From: the human T2T-CHM13v2.0 reference genome, Homo sapiens
DNA: 64,000 nucleotides
Strand: one strand, 5' to 3'
Assembly (NCBI RefSeq): GCF_009914755.1
Contig: NC_060939.1
Made by a program: the position numbers and the translations under genes
Notes under the pieces: model-generated
What the model was told of the DNA's origin: nothing
What the model saw: only the letters and a program-made list of their open reading frames with translations
Database searches by the model: none
Part shown: piece by piece, positions 1-11,990 of the stretch
Layout of the letters: every line of letters begins with the position of its first letter
Position numbering within the stretch: position 1 is the stretch's first letter

Positions 1-123
1 AACTTATTCTATTACTGAACTCTTTCTCCTCTATCACTTATTAATATCTCAAGATACAAAGTGTTTTTTCAGAGTATCTTAAATATATCTGTCCCTACGG
101 AATCTGGTTTTCAAAATTCTGTG

Positions 124-431
124 CAGGGGTCCAGTAAAGAACCAGATAGTAAATGTTTTAGGCATTGTAGGCCAAATGGTTTCTATTGCAAATATTCAGT
201 TCTGTTGTAGCACAAAAGCCATAGACAATAGGTGGAAAAATGAGTGTGGTTATATTCCAGTAAAACTTTAGTTATGCACGGTAAAATTTAATTTTATGTA
301 ATTTTCACATGTCACAAAATATCTTTTTTTCTGCCAACCATTTAAAAACATAAAAATGATTCTCAGCTGGTAGGCTGTACCAAAGATAGGTGGGCCAGAT
401 TTGACCTGCTAGTCATAGTTTGATGACCTTT
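124..431. mobile_element. MER58-like hAT-Charlie MITE (MER58B-sized)
   Basis: Starts caggggtc, contains the typical 'atagtaaatgttttaggc...' and 'gggccagatttgacc...atagtttgatgacc' segments, with degenerate terminal inverted repeats. Confidence 0.75.
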
Positions 432-1052
432 GATTTAGTAGATAATAATCCGGAATAAGAATTAAATGCTTTGTTCAGCAAGATTGTGCAATATTTCTTT
501 TGTTTTGAAGAAGATCCAGAAGCTTCGTGCACTTGTGTATTAAACATAAAAGAATATTAAGGCTTCATCCACTCTGTAGAAAGTATTTAAGATACCCTAA
601 AATTTAGCTCCTAAACTTGAGACAGTTTAATACTACTCTGCCCATTACAGAGGATAAGCTCAATACTAATTTACTGAATAAATATTGGTGAAAATCTCCA
701 TATTATAAAATAAATTAGATTAGAAATGATCTCCATATGATGGTTTATTTATTACTAAATCTTAAAGAAAACCTTTATAATTTTGCAAAGGCCATAGCAC
801 AGATTCGAATTATAAAATGGATGTAAAAGTAGAATATAGTTTAGTGAATTACTCTTTCTGTTGCTAGTAAGATTTGAATGTTTGTTAACTGCATTACTGA
901 CCATCAACAAAAGTATAAAATTCCAAATGTGTGGAATTCCACCGAGTGAAGCTGGTTATTTTTGCCTTCGTTGAATGTGTCACTCCTCCTTTTCTGGCCT
1001 ATATTTAATGACCCTCAGTGTCCTTTTCTGGTGGCTTCCTGGTTTTCCCTAG

Positions 1053-1339
1053 GTTCATTCCAGAACCCTGGTCAGCCTGCAGTACCACGTGTGGGCCGGG
1101 TGTGCAGGTCCGCGAGGTGAAGTGCCGTGTGCTCCTCACATTCACGCAGACTGAGACTGAGCTGCCCGAGGAAGAGTGTGAAGGCCCCAAGCTGCCCACC
1201 GAACGGCCCTGCCTCCTGGAAGCATGTGATGAGAGCCCGGCCTCCCGAGAGCTAGACATCCCTCTCCCTGAGGACAGTGAGACGACTTACGACTGGGAGT
1301 ACGCTGGGTTCACCCCTTGCACAGCAACATGCTTGGGAG
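1053..1339 (+). CDS. ADAMTSL3: ADAMTSL3 coding exon (probably exon 16), TSP1 repeat: (R)FIPEPWSACSTTCGPG...WEYAGFTPCTATCLG(G)
   Basis: Acceptor ttttccctAG|G at 1051-1053 and donor GAG|GTATTT at 1340. 287 nt, phase 2 to phase 1. The translation matches my recall of ADAMTSL3 rather than ADAMTSL1 (which reads FIPEAWSACTVTCG). TSR motifs WxxCxxTCG are present. Confidence 0.96.
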
Positions 1340-2776
1340 GTATTTGAACCTTTGCTTAAGGGACAGTTATGTTGTGTGTTGCTAGTGGTTTGAGAAATTA
1401 CTCAATCAGGTAAGCCAAATATGCAAATTAGCAAAAGTCTAAAGGAGGTGAAGTCATTCAAATAACTGAAAATGATACTTTTTCTTCTTTTTCTTTCTTT
1501 TTTTTTTGTAGTGATTATTTTAGAAAGGAGAGTGGGACTATATACTAACCAAAAAAAGTATATTTGTTTGCCTGAGAATCTGCATGACTGAGATGGTTCA
1601 TATGAAATAAATAGGAAAATGCAGAATGGATAAGTTAAGGCAATCTTGTTCATAAAGCAGTCTTATAGATTGAGGTAGCCTGGAATTGCAATATCTGATG
1701 CAACTCTAGATCAGAGTTTGTCCTCAGAAAATATTTGGGTTCATATCCGCACATTGGGCCAGCACCTAGGGGAACAAACTAATCACCATGATTTATGTTT
1801 GTGTACATAGAGGGTGACATACACAGCCAGGAAACCCTGTTAGGATTAGAAAGTGGTTGTATAGCCAGGTGACCCCTTTGGGGTGAGAAGTTGGCCCCCT
1901 GATGATTTATACAATCTAGGATCCAAAAGGGAGTGAAGGAGTGGTTAATAGGAGTCCAGAGAGCCACTCTTGAGGGCTCTGTTGAAAGTAAAAAGATAGA
2001 AATAACAAATAAGAAAACTATATCTTTTACTTACATGAAGGAGACTGGGTCTGACCAGGAATCCAGAGCCCCTGTCACCCCGTCCCCTCATCCTTTGACC
2101 CCTGACTGTGCCTTCCAGCCAGCTGCTATGTAAAGAGCTTGGTGCCTGAATGTGCTCTGCTCTTGATCCAGCCAATGGTGGGAAAAACACAAGGAGATGC
2201 TGTCTTAGAGCTCTTGGCTCAAGATCATGCTTTACTCCTCCCAACAGTCTTGAGCCCATTACTTGAAACTCCCTATCAAGTTGTGGAGCTCATGGCCCAT
2301 TCATTGTGCCTGAACCCCTCACTCTTGAGCCTGAATTCTCAATCCTTATCATTCAGTCTCTATGGCTTGATTGTATCTGTTTTTCTCTTTCCTGTCTAAT
2401 TCAACTTCTATACCTGCGTATCCTTGCCACTTTTTGTATAACATTGCTAGCCTGGCAGTAAACCCGGCTAAAGTGGCATGTGCCTTACCCCCAGGCTGCC
2501 CCTAAACTACTGCCTTGCGGACAGAGTTGCACATGTGGACTTTAGGTGCCTTAGCTGCCTCTGGACTCTTTCTCCCCTTACTTGCTTCTGTCTGGTTGCT
2601 AAAAGTCCATGCCATCTAGCTAGGAATTTAGCCTCTCTGGTTTAGTTGAACCTTAAACATCTGCTGCATCTCTTCCCTCCACAGCACATTGTCTGGGTTG
2701 CCCCCCACACTGCCTTGTGTCTGTTCTTGCCCAAGCCAAACTCCTGCCTGCTCTTGAGTTCAGAACCCTGGACACG

Positions 2777-2851
2777 TTTTTGTTTGTTTGTTGTTTTTTG
2801 TTTGTTTGGTTTTTTTTGTTTGTTTGTTTTTTGTTTTTTGTGGGTTTTTTT
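2777..2851. repeat. (TTTG)n / T-rich simple repeat
   Basis: Directly visible. Confidence 0.9.
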
Positions 2852-3449
2852 ATGTCTTGGAAACCTTAACTCTAACATGCCCTTGGCAATTTGGGAACTG
2901 GTGCTTTCTCTTGATGAGTTTGGGGAAACCCTCTAGAGATAGCCACGGAGATGCAAAGATGGTCCCCTATTCAGTCACAATAATACATGCCTGGAACTTT
3001 CTACTGTATGACTACAAAATGCCAGCTGTCTCCATTGCTTCTGAGTCACCACATTGCTGCAGTCTCACTAGAGACTTGGAGCTGTGTCTTTCATTAGGAG
3101 AGCAGAAGCAAGCCCAGCTGTTGCTTGCACACCCCAACATCTACCTTGTAATCTCAAGCCTTTAGGTGCTGTTGGTAGAATCCCTGTTTCATCTTCTTCT
3201 CCTGACTGGCAAGATCCCCTCAAGTTGGGAAAGCATAGCATGCTGGGTACTTGGAACTCAGCAGACCAATCAGAGTTGCTCAAAGAGAGATGACCAGGTG
3301 AATTCTAATTCAGCTGAGAGAGACTGCTGTCAGACCTCATTTTTGGAGCCTTTTACTAAAATACTAGAATCTACCTTGTGTTCTTAGTACCCACTGAGAT
3401 GGCCCTAGATTCCACCTCTAGGATGGCTGAACTCATGTGATAAATTCCT

Positions 3450-3965
3450 CTTTTTTTTTTTTCAGTAACAGCTTTATCGAGATAGAATGCGCACACTGTA
3501 CAATTTATGCATTTAAAGTATACAATGTAGTGGTTTCTAGTTACAAAGTTGTGCAGCCGTTAACATAATCAATTTCAGAACACTTGCCCAAAGAAACACT
3601 GTGTCCTTAAGCAATCATACCCCATTTTCCCTCAAATTCTAACCCCTGGAAACCACTACTGTCTATTATGGACGTTGCATGTAATGGGATTATGTAATAT
3701 GTGGTCCTCTGTGACTGCGATCTTTCACTTAGCGTAGTGTTTTCAAGGTTCATCTGTGTTTTAGCATGTTTCAGTACTTCATTCCTTTTTATGGCCAAGT
3801 GGTATTCCATTATATGGATATACAACATTTTACCCATTCATCGGCTGATAGAAATTTGAGTTGTTTGCATGTTTAGGGTATTGAGAATAGTGCTGCTGTG
3901 AACGTTCATGTATATGATTTTATATGGACATATGTTTTTATTTATCTTGGTTATATACCTTGGAG
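3450..3965 (-). mobile_element. Old L1 (L1MB-like) 3' end
   Basis: Poly-T, then L1 3'UTR-type sequence. The minus-strand ORF 3607-3837 resembles the L1 ORF2 C-terminus (HIMEYHLAIKRNE...). Confidence 0.8.
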
Positions 3966-4441
3966 TAGATAGAATTACCTTTGAATCCATTTAAAACATA
4001 CAAGTTTTTTGACACTTGACTAATTGAGGTTGATTATCCTTAGTGGCACTGCGCACCTTTTGCCCTGCTATGAGAAGAGAAACTGCCTTGCATCTGTCAG
4101 AAATGCAATGCAGTATTCAGGTGGGTGATGTTAAGGTGCCCATTTGCTTTATGATATATTCTTGTGTATCAGGAACACATTTTACAAATTTTAGAAAAGC
4201 TCAAGTTGGTAGCCTTTTACTACTCAGGTAAGCAGCAGTTTAGCCTTATAAGGGTATATTTTATCATTTAATCCTGTAATAATATTATTGAAATGAGCCT
4301 TGGACACCTACTAACCCAAATTTTATAGTTGAGGAAGCTGAGACTCAGAGTCCATCATAAAGCCAAAAATAGAAAATGAATAACTTGATTCTCATTACTT
4401 AGCTGAACTATAAGTACATGTAATAAGCTTCTTAGCTTTAC

Positions 4442-4517
4442 AAAAAGTAATATTTTTAATTTCTTGGGTTAAAAAGTAAATTTTTAATTTCTTGGGTTAA
4501 AAAAGTTATTTTTAATT
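4442..4517. repeat. ~28-bp tandem repeat, about 2.6 copies (aaaaagtaa.atttttaatttcttgggtt)
   Basis: Units at 4442-4470 and 4471-4498, then a partial copy. Confidence 0.85.
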
Positions 4518-4575
4518 AACTTGAGATTAAAGTTCCTTATAATAAATAACCAAAGCCTATGAAACTGAAGAGCTA

Positions 4576-4800
<225 letters not shown>

Positions 4801-5370
4801 TCACCAAGTTCTGCACTAAATCTTCAGGGATATAAAATAAATAGAACATATTCTTTGCCTTGATGGAGCACAGCTTTTGGTTGTTTTGGTTTGACTGTCC
4901 CAACCACACTGCTTATAGTCAGTGGTACTTGCCTCTGTGATCTATTTCAATGTGGTTCAGTAAGTTCAGCTTCCATAAGTCCACTAATGTGTGAGTTATG
5001 AATGTGGGCTTTTAGCCTTCACCCTGGATAGCAGAGAGGATAAGTCTGCAATGACTGACAACCACAATAAAATGAAATTTACACAGGCATATATTTATTT
5101 CTTCAACATTCTTATTTCTGCTGGAAAAGTAATATACAAATTACAAGTTTCTGAAAAGATAAATTTTGGTCACATTCTGATATTCTGTATACTTATATTT
5201 TCTAACCTATCTTCACATCATACAGGAAATAAGAGTAAATCCATTTGTTGTAATTACTGATGCTTAAGATCCTTGCATAGGTCTCTTTTCACATTGGAGT
5301 AGCAACAGAGAATTCTTTTTTAATTCCTAAAAGCATGAAGAATCCAGACACCAATCTCCAGCTTCCAAAG

Positions 5371-5428
5371 TGTGTGTATGTATGTATGTATGTATGTATG
5401 TATGTATGTATGTATATGTATGTATGCA
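5371..5428. repeat. (TATG)n microsatellite
   Basis: Directly visible. Confidence 0.95.
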
Positions 5429-5689
5429 TGTACTCATGCAGCAGTATCTGTGTGTGTAGATACATCATGTGTGTGCACACACATACTCATGTACATCCTG
5501 GAAGATATGCCTGCCTTTTTAGTACCCTCTGGTAAGGTTTTATAATTTATTACATCATAAACATTCCTTACCAAAGTTCTTCTTTTATATTTTATATTGT
5601 TTGTTGTTTTTATGACCTCATTTTTTTACCTTTATGTTTTCCAACAACACAGGCTAGGAGTATATATGCGGACATTTGAGACCTGACCC

Positions 5690-5890
5690 CTTTATGAACC
5701 CCAGCTCTGCAACTCTCTTTGTTTCATTTGTTTAAATTTGTAGAGTTGTGGTTTATTTTGCTAAAATGATAGGAGTCATACCTACCTCATTAGGCTTAAT
5801 GAAATAATTAAATGTGATTATTAAATAAGGTGATGTTCAAAGAGTGTTTAATCACAGTGTGTGGTACACTGTATTAATAAATGTTAGTGG
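5690..5890 (+). mobile_element. MIR SINE fragment
   Basis: cccagctctgc...tacctacctca...gtggtacac...aataaatgttag core and 3' pattern. Confidence 0.6.
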
Positions 5891-6219
5891 GATGACTATT
5901 TTATAATATAATAATAGAGCATTCCTCTTATATTGGAATGCTATTGATTATTTCTCTTTTTAAAAATCTGACTAAATTGTTGAACACCTTAATACTTCTA
6001 ATCATTTTTCAGCTTATTTTTATGAGTTTTCTAAGTAAATGATCATCTGCTATTAATGGTGATTTTATCTTTCCCTTTCCAATAGTTATTTAAGTTTCAC
6101 ATTTTATTGGCTTGTCTAGAATTCCAGGAACAATTGTAAATAATGTGGATAATGCCAACCTTGTTTTGGTCCTGGCAGTAGTAGAAATCTCTTTATTGTT
6201 TCATTTTAAAACAATGTTC

Positions 6220-7960
6220 TACAAATATTTATTGTATGTTTCTATGTGCCAGGCACTGGCCTAGGTGATAGTGACTCAGTAGTTCCTAGCTTTGGAACTG
6301 AACTCTAATAGGAAAAATGCATTCATCACATAATCATACTCACACATATATAGAATTACCACTGGTTACAGCAATTGCAAAAGAAGTATATGGTGCTATG
6401 AAAAGGGGCATTTGACCTAATTACACTTGAATTTAAATCTAAAAGGTGAGGCATTAGCTAAACAAAAGGGGGTTTGGAGGGGGTGGCACACGGATAATTT
6501 CCAGCAGAAAGAGCATATGCAAAGGCCAGCAGAAGGGTGCATGGTACATTCCAGGAATGGAAGAAGCCAGGCACAGTTGGAGTACTGAGAATGAGACAGG
6601 GTTTAGTGTGGCATGCTGCTAGACAGGAAGGCAGAGGCCAGACAATTATGGCCTTACAGGCTATGTTGATTTGAGTCTATCCCAAGATCAATGGGAAGTC
6701 ATTCAAGTAATTAAAGTGGGAGTTATGTGACCAAATTTTTATTTATTTCAAAAAGGTTAGTCCAGCTGTATTGTAGAGAATGGATTGGAAAGGATAAGGA
6801 TGTTGTGAGAGTGATCACATAGGAAGCTATTGCCTATTCCAGACAAGAGCTTAGACCGGAATGGTGACCATGGTAGAGATGGAGTATGGTGGATGACTTT
6901 GAGAGACATGTAGGAGATAAAAGGATCTGTCAGTGGAGTGGGTAAGCAGGAGTGTGATGGCAAGTCTGAGTCCTAAGACTATTTTCTGAGCTGGTGAATG
7001 CTAAATGTTGGTGAGGGAACCCATGAGTTCATTTGTGGACATAATGCTTTTAAGATGCCTCTCGACTTCCAAGTGGAGATGCTAAGTAGTCAGTTGGATG
7101 TGTGAGTCTGAAGTGAAGAGGAGCGGTCTGAACTGGAATGGTACATTTATGCATCATCTGTGTATCCAAGGATTGAAGCCAGGGGCATGGACAAGAATTT
7201 TCAGGAGAATACCTATGAGGAGTGCAGAGGGTCTAGGACTTAAGTCTTGAGGAAATTCAACATTCAGTGTCTGGGTGGAGGACACTAAGCCGCAAAAGTC
7301 TATGAGAAGAGATCAGCGAGATATGATAAAAACAGAAGTCTGTGGTGTGGTGGAAACCAAGGTCAGCTGTGTTGCTTGCCATGCAGAGGCGGAGAGGTGA
7401 GGGTTCAGCACTGGTACTGGGTTCAGGAATGTGAAGCCACTGGGGACTTAAGGAAAGGTCATTTCAGTGGAGGAGCAGAGATGGAAACCAGATTTGAAAG
7501 GGTTGAGGAAAGAATGATAAGTGACAGAGTGGAGATGAATAGAGGGGATTTTTTTTGCAGCATAAATTGGCCATGTTAAAGAAAACAGAGGAGGAGATGA
7601 CTAAGATGGCCTTGCGGGTTGAGGCAGATCTGTGTGGGTGTGGGTGAAGGGTGGTGTTAATGTCAGAGACCCTTGGGTACATTTAAAAGGCAACAAGAAA
7701 GCTCTAGAATGAAAGTGAAAGGCAAAGCAATAAGTTTTCTAAGAAGATTGAAGGGGGTGAAACTCCAAGCACAGTCGTGGAGATTGGTCTTAAATCATTG
7801 GAAGGGCAGCTTCTAATTGTAATAAGCAGGGAAAAGGCTAGTGAGGATATGAGAGTAGGTAGGTTTGTATGCTTATAAAAGGAAGTTCCCATCTGGTTGT
7901 TTCTGTGCTTTTGTGCATATGAATATTTGCTGAAAGTGATTGGTAGGTGAATGACAGATG
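6220..7960 (-). mobile_element. LINE-2 (L2) fragment
   Basis: Reverse-complement L2 3' end (caaatattttattg...ctatgtgccaggcact) followed by a long purine-rich L2 body. Confidence 0.75.
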
Positions 7961-9656
7961 TTTGAGGTAATGAGGTAATTTTATTATATACTGCTGATTA
8001 TAATATGCTATTATTTAATTTAAGATATATATATGTATGTATGAATGATACTGATGCATGTAAATGCACTCTATTTTGCATAGTGGAGTACAAGAATTCC
8101 TTTCTACAAATGGTAACGTGGGAACAAAGATTGCATTGGCCCACTATGGGCTCATTTGAGCATACTCCCAATAGAGATGTGTTCCCGACATGGTACATTA
8201 GCAACTGCCGTTTTGTTTTCTCCAAATCCCTTCAAATCATGACAGGCCTCGAGCTGTAGTTTCTTCCAGCTCCTCTTGACATAATTGGTCACTTCCGCTC
8301 AGGCTCCAGTGGTTTATGATGCCCTTCCTAAGGCCAAATGGCTTTCAACAATCCTTAATCTTTAGCAGCTGTCTCCTCAATTGGTTCCTAAAAAGAACTC
8401 ACCTATTTGAAGTGCTACAAAACTTGCATTTTAACACCAAACAGGATACCTTTGGATCCATAAAATATTATGCTTCACTCTTTTTCATTACTCGGGACTT
8501 TACAGTAGTACCCCTTCAGTCAAACTAGCTAACAGCAGAAAGAGAAAAAAATTAACTGTTCTTTCCAAATATGATCCTAGGCCTGTGTGTATGTGTGTAT
8601 TTTGGAAACAAAGAACATCGTTATATATAATATAGCATTATACGTGCCCACACTGTATGAAGCAGACCTCTTTTTTCCTCGTATAGGTTTAGGTATCATC
8701 AGGTTTTGGTAGTTTTGTGAGATGAACTGGCATTTTCTATACCTTTAAATAATTTTAAATAGTTTATATCATAGAAATCATCTGTTTAAAATGTTTGAAA
8801 GTGCTAGTTCCTACAACGCTCTAAATCTTGTCCTGTTTTTGGGATTGAGGGGGAGCATCATGGCTCCATCTTTAACATTATTTTCAAGTTTCCCCCCACT
8901 TATTGTTATATTCAATCCAAGTTCTTATAATAATTTTTAAATAAATTACATAATTTAGATTCACTTGGGACAAAAACTATCCATTTCATGAGGATACTGA
9001 AATTTATTTTCTAGAGTTGTTCATCGAGTCTGAAGTGGCTGTAAGCCTCCCTGTTCTCCCTTTTCCTGCCACAAATAATGTGTAATCTATTTACTCTTTG
9101 GCCTAGGACTTTATACAAATTCTAATGTGTGGAGTTGGGGAGTTTAATTGTTTATTATTCACTTATGTTGGACTATATTATAGTCCGAGAATGTTACCTG
9201 CATAATTTATGACTTTTGAAACTTACTGCAGTTTCCTAGACTAATAGAGGATCCGTTTTTGTTAATGTTCTACGGATGCTTCAAGAAAGCATAGTGTATC
9301 TATTTCTAGGGCCCAAGACTACTTGATTTTTAAAGCAACATAATTTTCTTACACAAATTATTTTTCCTTATTTATTTTACAACTTGGCATATTAAATACT
9401 GATTGGCACATAAAAGGCTCTGACTATGGATTTTAAAAAATCTCTCCTGGTATTCTTACACTATGTGTGTATGTGTGTGTTATGTTATTTGACATATTGA
9501 AGTAGTCAAGACTGTTGTTTGCAAATGGCAGAAACCCAACCAAGCAAAAAGAACATGTCAGCTTATATATTGGCTCTGCTGCTTCTCTTGGAGTCTGTGT
9601 TTTTACCCTTTAAATATTAATTTATTTCTTGATGAAGGATAAAAAATATGTATGTA

Positions 9657-9850
9657 TTTTGAGACAGAGTCTTTCTATGTGCCCAGGCTGGACTGCACTG
9701 GTACAATCATAGCTTGCTGCAGCCCCAGCCTCCTGGGCTGAAGTGATCCTCTCACCCCAGCCCCCCGAGTAGCTGGGACTATAGGCACACCCACCACACC
9801 CAGCTAATTTTTGTATTTTTTTTTAGAGATGGGGTCTCACTATGTTGCCA
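9657..9850 (-). mobile_element. Truncated AluJ
   Basis: Antisense right arm, A-rich linker and the start of the left arm, with J-type divergence. Confidence 0.85.
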
Positions 9851-11119
9851 CAAGCTATATAGGTTTTTCTTTTTCTAAAAAAAAAAGGCACTTTCATGAT
9901 AACACTGCAAAAGTCATATGTGAAGTAAGGGATGTTGCCTCATGCTACAAAAGGAATTTATTCAAAAAATGATGCTGACGTTTCAACACTTGATGTATTA
10001 TGTCCTAAATTCATAGTTGTAATTATTACCTAAATTTTGTTATAAGATGAGGTAAACTTATTTTTATAATTTTTCCTTTTTTAACTTTAATTTTTGAAAG
10101 TAAATGCTTAATCAAATCTTTTAAGGTGAGAAGTGTCTAAGTAACATTGTAGGACCAATGTATGGGATGGGAGATATTTTGTGGCCATTTTTCAAAATAT
10201 ACTCTACCTCAATAAGTATCCTAAACACCTATTAAACTTATAAATTATTTTCAGTAAACTTGCTTTAAGACAGAAAAGTGTGTCATGAGTGTTGTACAAT
10301 TCCACCCAGAATGGGTTATAATGGGGCTTTAAGGCCCACTTATTCAGAAAATGTTCCAAAATAGTCTCTGTAATAAAAATTTCTAGAGAATTTCTGTTAT
10401 AAATTAAAATATATTTGAAAGTTAACTGGATTTTTCTCAGATTTAAAAAAAATGAAACATACTAGAAAATGAACACTTAAACCTCTACAAGGTAACTACG
10501 TTTTGATATTTGCAAATAAAACCTAGAGTTATTAAGTTGTAGCAATGCCTTCTTATATCTCACGTTAGCCAATGTTTATTTTAAAAGTTCATAGAAGATA
10601 CATGCAGATTTAATACTGCATCCTGCCATGGCAGGGAACATAAAATTACAACTGAAGACAGCAGGAGAAAATTTATTAGAAAGAACTGAACATCACAAAT
10701 ATATATTTTAGAAGTATTTTTGGCCAATACTACATCCTGTAAAATACTGTAAAATGGTTGAATTGAAACATGGCATTTGGAAAAAGAACCACAACCTAGT
10801 AACATAATGGAACACACATTCTTGCATGAAAATGAATGCATTTGCATATTTCAAATAACATAGTCAGTTGCTATTACAGTTTGTTTGTGACTTTTTAATC
10901 AAAAGTTTGATTTACATCTTGTTCCGTCTGATTTTCCAATAATTTTTTTTGTCCCAGCGGACAAAGAATACTGGTTGAGAACATAGGCTTTGGGGTCAGA
11001 CAGACCTGTCTGGCCCCAAAGGGAAAATATGCTTGTGAAATTTCATATTTTCACAAGGAGCAGTCTTGTACTTTTTGGCTGTATTGCATTTTAGAATCCC
11101 TAGAGTATGTACAAAAGAA

Positions 11120-11315
11120 AGATCACTGAATTAGGAGGCAGGGAATTTAATTTTTAGGCTTGAATCTACCACATTTTTGCTGTCTTAGTTTCTCTCTAGA
11201 CCTCAGTTTCCTTAGTATTAAATTAATAAAATGGAGGTAATAATACTATTCTTTTGACCTCACTGATTATTGTGAAAGCACTTTGTACACTTTCCAAATA
11301 GGAGGTATTGTTATT
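11120..11315 (+). mobile_element. MIR fragment
   Basis: ctctctagacctcagtttcctt...aaaatggaggtaataatac...gtgaaagcactttgta. Confidence 0.6.
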
Positions 11316-11860
11316 GTTTTTCCTAGCAATAGAAACGTTACAAATTACAGTCATAGTGAACAGGAACTCAAATCATAATTAAAATTTTGAGGAGTTGTGT
11401 GTCTGCCAGATTTAGCACATATGCAGTGATATAGAGAAAGTGTTATTCTTATGAAGCTGATTCAAAAATTCCTCTTAAGGAAACTATTGTGACTGTTTGG
11501 AAGGAACACCTTGATGGCTTATTTGGGGGAACTCCTAGCTTTGAGTACATTTGGAATGCAGATAAGACCAAGGGTGGATGGGGAGTTGGGATGCTCTTGA
11601 ATGTTTCAAGGTAAGTAGATTTGGGAGAGAGGGAGTAAAGGGACTGAATTTAAAAGGTGAATAAGGGAATATCATAAACTAGGAGACTTTGGATAATGCA
11701 AAGTTGTTTGTTCCCAGGTGTACCCTGAAATGCAGCCTGCAGCCCTATGATAGTCAAAAGGGCAGTATGCTAAGAATGAGAAGACCTAAGACTCTATTTT
11801 CTTTTTTCCACAATAAATTATTCCATGTCATTTGCATTTTTTCCTCTTTCTAACCTGCAG

Positions 11861-11990
11861 GCCATCAAGAAGCCATAGCAGTGTGCTTACATATCCAGAC
11901 CCAGCAGACAGTCAATGACAGCTTGTGTGATATGGTCCACCGTCCTCCAGCCATGAGCCAGGCCTGTAACACAGAGCCCTGTCCCCCCAG
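11861..11990 (+). CDS. ADAMTSL3: ADAMTSL3 coding exon (probably exon 17): (G)HQEAIAVCLHIQTQQTVNDSLCDMVHRPPAMSQACNTEPCPP(R)
   Basis: Long pyrimidine tract with ctaac branch motif and ctgcAG|GC acceptor, donor CAG|GTATGT at 11991. 130 nt, phase 1 to phase 2, in frame with the previous exon. Contains an NDS N-glycosylation sequon. Confidence 0.96.

Noticed and set aside
1790-2445. Possible ancient LTR-like segment with recurring cttgagcc-like words
   Set aside because: I could not assign a family or find TSDs by eye. It needs a Dfam search.
8060-8540. Unique, balanced-GC island among repeats (processed pseudogene or enhancer?)
   Set aside because: No recognisable reading frame, poly-A tail or TSD, and only an isolated ETS-like motif. 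Not supportable without conservation or chromatin data.
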